From the NCBI GenBank assembly GCA_025929315.1, contig JAICMI010000003.1, forward strand, positions 132 through 64,131: DNA of 64,000 bases, written 5' to 3'. The notes below the pieces were generated by a model. It was not told the origin of the DNA, did not search any database, and saw only the letters and a list, made by a program, of their open reading frames with translations. The stretch comes from Frankiaceae bacterium. Its GTDB lineage: Bacteria > Actinomycetota > Actinomycetes > JAFAQI01. Position 1 is the stretch's first letter, and every line of letters begins with the position of its first letter. Below, piece after piece: positions 17,237 through 24,943 of the stretch. Made by a program: the position numbers and the translations under genes.

Positions 17237-19428
17237 GCGGCTACGGGTTGACCGTTCCGCCGTCGTTCAGCAGCGCGGTGGATCGCGTCACCGCACTGGC
17301 CAGCAGTGACCGGCGAGCCGCTCTTTACGGCCGCCGGGCGCTGCTGTCGCTCGCCTTCGTGTTCGCGGTCGACAAGGTTTTCGGACTGACGCCGTTCTTG
17401 TTCGTCAACGGGCTCGCTCTCGGCGCGCTCTACGGCATCATCGGCGTGGCCCTGGTGCTCACCTATCGCACCAGCCGCATCATCAACTTCGCCGCGGCCG
17501 CGGTAGGCGCCGTACCCGCCATCACAGCGGTGCTCTTGTCGACGGCCGACCACGTCAACTACTTGCTGACGATGCCGATCGCGATCATCGGCGGTCTGCT
17601 CAGCGGCGCGCTCACCGAGATCTTCGTACTGCGTCGGTTCAGGACTGCGTCTCGGCTGATCGTCACCGTGGTGTCGATCGGCATTGCGCAGTCCTTCGCG
17701 GCTCTCGGGTTCTTCATCCCGGTGTGGTTCGGCGAGAGGGCGACCGGGGTGCCCAAGGTGGCGACGCCTTGGCAGAACCTGCAGTACCACAACTCCCGCG
17801 GTGAGCCGATCCTGACCGGCAACCAGGTCTTCGCGTTTGCGATGGTGCTGCTGCTGACGTTCGGCCTGATGATCTTCCTGAAGCGCAGCCGGATGGGCAT
17901 TGCCCTGCGCGCGTCATCGGAGAACAGTGACCGAGCCGCGCTGCTCGGCGTACCGGTCAACCGCGTCAACACGATTGCCTGGGCGCTCGCGGGACTGATG
18001 TCGGCGATGGCGATCTTCGCGATCGCTCCTTTGTACGGCGTCCCCAGCGACGCGACGCTCGGCTACGACACGCTGCTCTACGGCCTCGCAGCCGCGGTCG
18101 TGGCCCGGATGGAGAACCTCGGCCTCGCCCTGCTGATGGGCCTGGGCATCGGCCTGCTCATCGACACATCCGTCGCCCACACCGGGACCAACGACATCGC
18201 GCAAGCGTTGATGCTGCCGGTGATTCTCGTATCACTGCTCACACAACGGCGATCACGATCACGAGCAGTCGACGCCAACGCGTCGAGCTGGCAGACCATC
18301 AGCGTCTTCCGGCCGATTCCGCTGGAGCTGCGCGCGCTGCCCGAGGTGCAGCGCATGCGCATGGCCCTTTTCGCCGTCACTGCGGGCGTTGCGATCGGGC
18401 TGCCTTACTTCGTGAGCGACGCCACGATGCCCGGCCTGCAGATCCTGCCGATCATCGGCCTCATCGCGGTCTCGCTGGTCATCCTCACCGGCTGGGCCGG
18501 GCAGATCAGTCTCGGGCAGTACGGGCTGGTCGGCATCGGCGCTGCCGCAGCCGGCGGCCTGATCGGGCGGCACAACATCGACTTCTTCGCCGCTATCGGC
18601 ATCGGGATCGCTGCCGGCGCGATCACCGCCGTGATCATCGGCCTGCCGGCCGTCCGGATGCAGGGTCTCTACCTGGCGGTGACCACGCTCGCGTTCGGTT
18701 ACGCGATGCAGTTCTACGTTCTCAACAGTCACTACTGGATCGGGCGGCATCTGCTGCCGGACCAGCTGGCGGCGAGCATCCGCCGGCCGATGCTCTACGG
18801 CAAGTTCGCACTCGAAGGCAGCCGTGGTGGCGAACGCGCCTTCTACTTCCTGTGTCTCGGTTTTCTGGTGCTCGGACTCGCCGCTGCGGCGTCGTTCCGT
18901 CGTCAGCACAGCGGACGCATGCTCATCGCGCTCCGGGACAACCAACGGGCGGCGTCGTCCTACGCGATCGCACCGGTCCGGACCCGACTGTCCGCCTTCG
19001 CCATCTCGGGAGGTTTCGCAGGTTGCGCCGGCGTGCTGTTCGCCTACCAACAGCACCAGGTGCTGCCCGGGACCTACGACGTCTACAGCGCGATCGCGTT
19101 GTTCCTGGCTGCAGCTGTCGGTGGCCTCGGGTCACTCGCGTTCGGCACGCTGTCGGTCGTCGCGTTCCAGGCGACGATCCTGTGGGGACCGATGGCCTGG
19201 CACCACCTCGGGAACACGTTCTCGTCGGTGGTCCCGTTGCTGCTGACGGGCCCGCTGCTCGTGCTCAACCTCTACGCCAACCCCGGCGGCCTGGCCGGAT
19301 GGGCGTTCGCCAAGCGCGACGACTGGCTGCGCGGGCTGGCGGACCGGCACAGGATTCACGTTCCCTCTCTCGTCGCCGACAGCCTCGTCGAGGAAACCCG
19401 CATGCCCGAACCGGAGCTGGCGAAGTGA
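17233..19428 (+). CDS. Branched-chain-amino-acid-type (HAAT) ABC permease, fused LivH-like + LivM-like halves
   Basis: 731 aa. N-terminal half: LALGALYGIIGVALVLTYRTSRIINFA. C-terminal half: SLVILTGWAGQISLGQYGLVGIGAAAAG. Confidence 0.9.
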   Translation: MSGYGLTVPPSFSSAVDRVTALASSDRRAALYGRRALLSLAFVFAVDKVFGLTPFLFVNGLALGALYGIIGVALVLTYRTSRIINFAAAAVGAVPAITAVLLSTADHVNYLLTMPIAIIGGLLSGALTEIFVLRRFRTASRLIVTVVSIGIAQSFAALGFFIPVWFGERATGVPKVATPWQNLQYHNSRGEPILTGNQVFAFAMVLLLTFGLMIFLKRSRMGIALRASSENSDRAALLGVPVNRVNTIAWALAGLMSAMAIFAIAPLYGVPSDATLGYDTLLYGLAAAVVARMENLGLALLMGLGIGLLIDTSVAHTGTNDIAQALMLPVILVSLLTQRRSRSRAVDANASSWQTISVFRPIPLELRALPEVQRMRMALFAVTAGVAIGLPYFVSDATMPGLQILPIIGLIAVSLVILTGWAGQISLGQYGLVGIGAAAAGGLIGRHNIDFFAAIGIGIAAGAITAVIIGLPAVRMQGLYLAVTTLAFGYAMQFYVLNSHYWIGRHLLPDQLAASIRRPMLYGKFALEGSRGGERAFYFLCLGFLVLGLAAAASFRRQHSGRMLIALRDNQRAASSYAIAPVRTRLSAFAISGGFAGCAGVLFAYQQHQVLPGTYDVYSAIALFLAAAVGGLGSLAFGTLSVVAFQATILWGPMAWHHLGNTFSSVVPLLLTGPLLVLNLYANPGGLAGWAFAKRDDWLRGLADRHRIHVPSLVADSLVEETRMPEPELAK

Positions 19429-21047
19429 GCGCATTGTTGACGTGTCGCGGAGTCGACGTCGCCTACGACAAGGTGCAGGTGCTGTTCGGCGTCGACCTCG
19501 ACGTGCACGAAGGCGAGATCGTCGCACTGCTCGGCACCAACGGCGCGGGCAAGTCGACGATGCTCAAGGCGATCTCGGGCCTCGTGCAACCCATTGCGGG
19601 ACACATCGAGTTCGACGGGCGAGACATCACCAAGTGCACGCCGCAGGAGACAACCGCGCTGGGCATCGTGCAAGTACCGGGCGGCAAGGCCGTCTTCCCG
19701 ACGTTGACCGTCGCGGAGCACTTCAAGGCCGGGTGCTGGCTCTATGCGAAGCAGTCCAACGACGAGGTGGCGCAGCGCACCGCCAAGGTCATCGAGATGT
19801 TCCCGCGGCTGCAGGAACGCTGGAACCAGCTGGCGGGCGACCTGTCCGGCGGCGAGCAGCAGCAGCTCGCACTCGGCATGGCGTTCGTCGCGCGGCCGCG
19901 GCTTCTCGTCATCGACGAGCTGTCGCTGGGTCTCGCTCCGGTCATCGTCGAGCGGTTGCTCGACGCCGTACGCGCTATTCATGCCGAAGGTGCGACGGTC
20001 GTTCTCGTCGAGCAGTCGGTCAACGTCGCACTGACCATTGCCACGCGCGCCTACTTCATGGAGAAGGGCCAGGTGCGGTTCGAGGGCCCGACTACGGATC
20101 TCCTCGCCCGGGACGATGTCCTGCGTTCGGTGTTCCTCGCCCGTGCCAACCACAGTCTTGACAGCAAGAGCAAGAACGGCCAGGCCCGCACTCGCTCGCG
20201 CGCCAGGAAAGCTGCCGAGACAGTGGCCCGGCCGGAGGCGCTGGCGGTGCGCCACCTCAGTCACACCTTCGGCGGCATCTCCGCGGTCAACCAGGTGACC
20301 TTCTCGGTCCACGCCGGCGAGATCCTCGGGCTGATCGGACCGAACGGCGCCGGCAAGACCACGATCTTCGACATCATCTCGGGCCATCTGCCGACGCAGC
20401 GCGGTCACATCGTCCTGGGTGACAAGGACATCAGTCACTGGGCGCCGGAACGACGCGCCGCGGCGGGTCTCGGGCGCTCATTCCAGGACGCGCGCATCTT
20501 CCCGTCGCTGACCGTCGCCGAGAACATCGCGCTGGGACTTGAACGACACATCGCCGTGCGCGACCACGTGTCGGCGTTGTTCGGCACCCCCGCCATCCGC
20601 GAGTCCGAGATGGACGTTGCCTTCACCGTGGGCGACTTGATCGAGCTGATGGGGCTGGGTGCGTTCCGCGACAAGTTCGTCGCCGAGCTCTCGACGGGCT
20701 CGCGCCGCATCGTCGACCTGGCGATGTCGATCGCACACGACCCGGCCGTGCTGCTGCTCGATGAGCCGTCCAGCGGCATCGCACAGAAGGAGACCGAGGC
20801 GCTCGGTCCGTTGCTGCAGCGCATTCGCGAGGAGACGGGTTGCGCGATGCTCGTCATCGAGCACGACATGCCGCTCATCACCTCGCTGTCGGACTCGATC
20901 GTCGCGCTCGACCTCGGCGCCGTACTCGTTCAAGGGCCGCCGGAACGCGTGCTCGCGGACGAACGGGTGGTCACCGCCTACCTGGGCGGCGATCCCGCAA
21001 CGATCCGGCGCAGCACCGCACGTGAAGCAGAAAAGGTGGGGGCCTGA
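19425..21047 (+). CDS. ABC ATPase, two fused cassettes (LivF-like then LivG-like)
   Basis: 540 aa from GTG 19425 (GTGA overlap with the permease stop). Two Walker A motifs (GTNGAGKST, GPNGAGKTT), two LSGGEQQ/LSTGSRR signatures and two Walker B motifs are present. The ORF-track ORF 18852..21047 has a spurious N-terminal part. Confidence 0.9.
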   Translation: MSALLTCRGVDVAYDKVQVLFGVDLDVHEGEIVALLGTNGAGKSTMLKAISGLVQPIAGHIEFDGRDITKCTPQETTALGIVQVPGGKAVFPTLTVAEHFKAGCWLYAKQSNDEVAQRTAKVIEMFPRLQERWNQLAGDLSGGEQQQLALGMAFVARPRLLVIDELSLGLAPVIVERLLDAVRAIHAEGATVVLVEQSVNVALTIATRAYFMEKGQVRFEGPTTDLLARDDVLRSVFLARANHSLDSKSKNGQARTRSRARKAAETVARPEALAVRHLSHTFGGISAVNQVTFSVHAGEILGLIGPNGAGKTTIFDIISGHLPTQRGHIVLGDKDISHWAPERRAAAGLGRSFQDARIFPSLTVAENIALGLERHIAVRDHVSALFGTPAIRESEMDVAFTVGDLIELMGLGAFRDKFVAELSTGSRRIVDLAMSIAHDPAVLLLDEPSSGIAQKETEALGPLLQRIREETGCAMLVIEHDMPLITSLSDSIVALDLGAVLVQGPPERVLADERVVTAYLGGDPATIRRSTAREAEKVGA

Positions 21048-22198
21048 TGAGCGACGGACGACACCGCGCGCCACGCACGCGGCTTAATGTTCTGCAGCGC
21101 ATAGGGGCAGCAGCGGTTCTGCTCGGCGCCGGCGGCTTGGGCGCGGCGATGTGGCCGACGGCGGCCGCCGCGGACGCGCCGGTGCAGACCGCTTGGTACA
21201 ACGCGTTGTCCGGTGGCGGTCAAGCTGTCCCCGACCCGGCGACCCCGGCCGGCGGCTTGCACGTCTCGGTTGCCTCCGGACAGGTCCTCGCCTTCGCGGC
21301 GATGCAGTACGCCCTCGCCGAAGGCTCGACGGCCACCATCGAGCTCAAGATCAGCAACCTCACCGCGACGCCCGTCATCAACCCGACCTCGCCGACCACC
21401 GACCCCGCCGCCTACGTCGTTGCCTGTCCGATCAGCGGCACGTGGACGGCCGGGGACGACCAGCCGATGGACGCGGCGCCGAAGTACGACTGCACTCGCT
21501 CGATTCCCGGCAACCTGTCCTCCGACCAGACGACGTTGACCTTCCTCGCGGACGCCTCGATCGAAACCCTGCCGGGTCAGCTCAGTCTCGCGATCGTGCC
21601 TGTTGTCACCGATGAGATCCCCGGTGTCGGGACGCCGGCCCCGGCGGACACCACCCAGCCGTTCTCGCTCGACGTCGCCAAGCCGGATGCCTCATCGCTG
21701 ATCGTCACGGGCACATCGGCCCTGCCACCACCACCGGCGCCGCCGAAGACGGCCACGACGGGCGCCACGTCCACGGCGACGAAGGGATCGGCCGCCGGTG
21801 CCGGTGCAAGCAGCGGGTCGTCGAGCGTCAACCTTCCGGGCTCGCTGACCAGCAACTCGGCGTCGACGTCGACGGACGCCGGCACGAGCCCGGTCGTCGC
21901 GCCGACCAACCAGGCGCCGGCGGCCGCCCCGGCCGCCGCGACGTCATCCACGAACGACCGTGCGCACAACGTGGCACTCGCGATGCTCCTGCTGATCGGC
22001 ATCGGCGTCGTCGGGATGAGCAGCGGTCAGATGCAGCGAGCGCCGCGGCTGCTCGGCGGCGCGGGGCGTCACGCCGCAATGACCACCGGTGCAGCCGCAG
22101 CGGCAACGGCCGCTGCAGTTCCGGTGGGCGTCTACGGCAACCGAGGCCTCGGCCGCTTCAACAAACCCCGCACCGAACCCGCCCGCCCCCTCACCTGA
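21047..22198 (+). CDS. Secreted, C-terminally membrane-anchored Ala/Pro/Ser/Thr-rich protein, unknown function (cassette 1, component 4)
   Basis: 383 aa. Signal-like N-terminus (AAAVLLGAGGLGAAMWPTAAAADA), then a conserved globular region (AWYN, VVAC), a low-complexity tract, a TM helix (VALAMLLLIGIGVVGMS) and a basic tail (RGLGRFNKPR). Paralogue of 23852..24943. Its start overlaps the ATPase stop by 1 nt. Confidence 0.7.
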   Translation: MSDGRHRAPRTRLNVLQRIGAAAVLLGAGGLGAAMWPTAAAADAPVQTAWYNALSGGGQAVPDPATPAGGLHVSVASGQVLAFAAMQYALAEGSTATIELKISNLTATPVINPTSPTTDPAAYVVACPISGTWTAGDDQPMDAAPKYDCTRSIPGNLSSDQTTLTFLADASIETLPGQLSLAIVPVVTDEIPGVGTPAPADTTQPFSLDVAKPDASSLIVTGTSALPPPPAPPKTATTGATSTATKGSAAGAGASSGSSSVNLPGSLTSNSASTSTDAGTSPVVAPTNQAPAAAPAAATSSTNDRAHNVALAMLLLIGIGVVGMSSGQMQRAPRLLGGAGRHAAMTTGAAAAATAAAVPVGVYGNRGLGRFNKPRTEPARPLT

Positions 22199-22203
22199 AC
22201 ACG

Positions 22204-22265
22204 GTTGAGTGCGACGTTTTGTACCTTGCAATAGCCGTTGAGAGGTACGAAACGTCGCACTCAAC
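22204..22265. terminator. Bidirectional hairpin terminator between convergent operons
   Basis: GTTGAGTGCGACGTTTTGTACCT (22204-22226) pairs with AGGTACGAAACGTCGCACTCAAC (22243-22265). This gives a 23-bp stem with one G-U pair and a 16-nt loop. It sits in a locally AT-rich 72-bp gap between stop 22198 (+) and stop 22271 (-). Confidence 0.7.
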
Positions 22266-22270
22266 AATGG

Positions 22271-23842
22271 CTAGAGGTGGGTACGGAGGGTTTTGCGGTC
22301 GAGCTTGAAGACGCTGGTGAGTGGCAGTGCGTCGACGATGCGGACGTCGCGCGGGTACTTGGCCGCGGACAGCCGTCCCTTGGCGTAGGTGACGATCTCG
22401 TCCGACGTCAGGGTTGCGCCCGGCCGCAGCTGCACGAACGCGACGACCTCCTCGCCCATCCGCGAGTCGGGCTTGCCGACCACGCCGGCGCCGACGATGT
22501 CGGGGTGCTCGACGAGTGCGTCCTCCACATCACGCGGATAGACGTTGATGCCGCCGCGGATGATGAGGTCCTTGATGCGGTCGACGACGTACAAGTAGCC
22601 GTCCTCGTCGAACCTGCCGACGTCGCCGGTGTGGAACCAGCCGTCGCGGATGGCCTCGGCGGTCGCGTCCGGTGACTTCCAGTAGCCGGTCATGATGTTG
22701 GGCCCCCGTGCGCAGATCTCACCGTCCTCGCCCGGCGCCGCCTCGGTGCCGTCGGCCTTAACGAGCTTGAGCTCACACAGCGGCAGCGGCTTGCCGACAC
22801 TTCCGATGCGCGACTCGCCGGGCCGGTTGGCCGCGAGCGAACCACCGGTCTCGGTGCAGCCGTAGCCCTCGGTGATCTCGACCTGGGGCAACCGCTTCTG
22901 GATCTCCTCGGCGATCTCCGGGGAAAGCGGGCCGCCGCCGCTGCCGAGCCGGGTCAGCGACGACAGGTCGTAGTCCTCGAGCGGCTGCGCGAGCAGCATC
23001 TGGATCATCGACGGCACCAGCGCACTCGCGTGGATCTGATGCTTCTGCGTGAGCTCGAGGAAGCCAACCGGGTCGAACCAGCGCATCATCACCGTCGTTC
23101 CGGCCTCGGTCGCATGCGCGCCGGCGACGGTGAGCATCAGGCCGTAGACGTGGGACAACGGCAGCGGTAGCAACCCGCGCGACGACGGTTCTCGCTCGGT
23201 CTCCTTGCCCGATGCGGTCAACTGCCACGCGGCCGCTGACAGCGAGTCGTGACTCAACATCACGCCCTTGGATCGGCCGGTCGTGCCGCCGGTGTACATC
23301 AGAGCCGCGAGCTCAGTCGGGTCGCAGTCGACCAGCTCTCCCTCGGGTGCCTGCTCCAGCTCAGCGAGGTCGAGCATCGGGATGCTCGTGCCGGCGGCGG
23401 CCTGGCCGACTCCACCCGGCGCGTCCCCGACAACGATCCCGCGCAATGTCGGGACGCCGGCCGCGGAAGCGATCACCTTGGGCAGGAAGTCGGGCGTTGT
23501 CACGATGTACGACGCCTCGCTGTCGACGAGCACGTGCCGCAGTTCGTCCTCACTGAGCAGGAAGAGCACCGGGGTGGTGACCCCACCCGCCCGCCACACC
23601 GCGCTGTAGGTCAGCCCGACCTCGGGGCAGTTGGCCATGCACACGACGACACGCTCGCCCGGCGCGAGACCGGCGTCGCGAAAACCCTGCGACAACCGGC
23701 GGGTGCGCTCGGCGAGCTGCAGGCCCGTGAACGACTGATCCTCGAAGTAGAGCCGAGACTCCGCACCGTTGCGCTCGGCCGCGCGCTCACCGAGCACCTG
23801 AAGGCTCGTGCCGGTCGGGTTCGTGATCATCTCGGTCGTCAT
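22271..23842 (-). CDS. AMP-dependent acyl-CoA synthetase/ligase (FadD-like)
   Basis: 523 aa. AMP-binding motifs LMYTGGTTGRSKGV, TEGYGCTETG, GWFHTGDVG and DRIKDLIIRGGINV are present. It starts 9 nt downstream of the preceding gene on the same strand. Confidence 0.9.
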   Translation of the reverse strand: MTTEMITNPTGTSLQVLGERAAERNGAESRLYFEDQSFTGLQLAERTRRLSQGFRDAGLAPGERVVVCMANCPEVGLTYSAVWRAGGVTTPVLFLLSEDELRHVLVDSEASYIVTTPDFLPKVIASAAGVPTLRGIVVGDAPGGVGQAAAGTSIPMLDLAELEQAPEGELVDCDPTELAALMYTGGTTGRSKGVMLSHDSLSAAAWQLTASGKETEREPSSRGLLPLPLSHVYGLMLTVAGAHATEAGTTVMMRWFDPVGFLELTQKHQIHASALVPSMIQMLLAQPLEDYDLSSLTRLGSGGGPLSPEIAEEIQKRLPQVEITEGYGCTETGGSLAANRPGESRIGSVGKPLPLCELKLVKADGTEAAPGEDGEICARGPNIMTGYWKSPDATAEAIRDGWFHTGDVGRFDEDGYLYVVDRIKDLIIRGGINVYPRDVEDALVEHPDIVGAGVVGKPDSRMGEEVVAFVQLRPGATLTSDEIVTYAKGRLSAAKYPRDVRIVDALPLTSVFKLDRKTLRTHL

Positions 23843-23851
23843 GGGTGTCCT

Positions 23852-24943
23852 TTACAGATGCGGAGCGGGGCCAACGCGTTCGCGGCGAAAGCGTCCCACT
23901 CCGCCCGAGCCTGCCGCGGCAGCGCCCCGGCCACTGCTGCCACGGTCGGGTGCGCGCAGCCTGCCACCTGCGAGTGCGGTCGCCGCTGTCGCGGGCGCCG
24001 CGACGGGCGCGCGGTTGCGCATCAGCAACGCGTAACCCAGGACCTCGGCCGCGATGACGATAAAGGCGATGATCCGGCGGTCGCCAGTGCTGAGGCCGGA
24101 CGACGTCGTCGCTGCCGCCGGCTGTGCAGCAATCGGCTGACCGGACTGGTCCCCTGCGACCACAGGCGCTACATCGGTCGTGGGTGACGTCGTCGTACCA
24201 CTGCCGGGCAGCGCACCTGACACAGCCGAGGGTGGATTGGCAACGGCGGTGCCGCCGACGGGAGCAGTGCCTGAGCTGCCCGCACCGCCACCAACGGGCG
24301 TGGAACCGGTTCCGGCGCCGAACGATGGTGCAGCCGCGCCGACGCCGCCGCTGTCCTTGACCGCCAACGTGCTGTCGTTCGGTGGCTTGAACACCACCCG
24401 GTCGACCGGGCCGGGCAGGAGCACCACTTGGAGCTTGTTGTGCAGCACCAGCTTGGCAACATCGCTGAAAACGACGTCAGTGCCTTTGAGCTTGCCGGGC
24501 ACGCAGGCGTTGCCGTCGTAGGGCGGTACATGTGACCACGGCCCGTTGTCGTCGGAGGTGAACGTCTCGGTTGCCCGGCACGCGACCACGGAGACCTGCG
24601 GCGGCGCCGTCCCGTCGATCGCGAGGGTCAGGGCGCCGACGAGTGACGACGGCGGCAGCTCGAATGAGACTCCCGCAACCGCCTGACTGCCCGCGGGCGC
24701 CGTACCCAGCACGCTGGGGATCGGTGCCGGGTTGGAGCCCTGCACCAGCAGGTCGCCTTGCTTGACGTCCGGCGGTGCCGGTGGCACCGGCGCGGGATCA
24801 CCGAGGTTGGCCGCGTTCCACCATGCGCTGACGTCCGGTGCCTGAGCCACCACCGGTGACGGCGCGATGAACATGACAGCCGCCACCGTGCTCGACGACA
24901 GGAGACCGAGCGCGACAAAGCGACGGGCGAGCTTCGACCTCAT
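23852..24943 (-). CDS. Secreted, C-terminally membrane-anchored protein, unknown function (cassette 2, component 4)
   Basis: 363 aa. Signal-like N-terminus (FVALGLLSSSTVAAVMFIAPSPVVAQA), then AWWN and VVAC motifs, a Gly/Ala/Thr/Ser-rich tract, a TM helix (IIAFIVIAAEVLGYALLM) and a basic tail (GGVGRFRRER). ATGA overlap with the ATPase gene. Confidence 0.7.
   Translation of the reverse strand: MRSKLARRFVALGLLSSSTVAAVMFIAPSPVVAQAPDVSAWWNAANLGDPAPVPPAPPDVKQGDLLVQGSNPAPIPSVLGTAPAGSQAVAGVSFELPPSSLVGALTLAIDGTAPPQVSVVACRATETFTSDDNGPWSHVPPYDGNACVPGKLKGTDVVFSDVAKLVLHNKLQVVLLPGPVDRVVFKPPNDSTLAVKDSGGVGAAAPSFGAGTGSTPVGGGAGSSGTAPVGGTAVANPPSAVSGALPGSGTTTSPTTDVAPVVAGDQSGQPIAAQPAAATTSSGLSTGDRRIIAFIVIAAEVLGYALLMRNRAPVAAPATAATALAGGRLRAPDRGSSGRGAAAAGSGGVGRFRRERVGPAPHL

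Noticed and set aside
18852-19424. N-terminal extension of the ATPase ORF 18852..21047 and the similar extension of the permease ORF up to 30290.
   Set aside because: The extensions overlap the preceding, well-supported genes in another frame. GTG starts at 19425 and 30074 give start/stop coupling and lengths that match between the paralogues.
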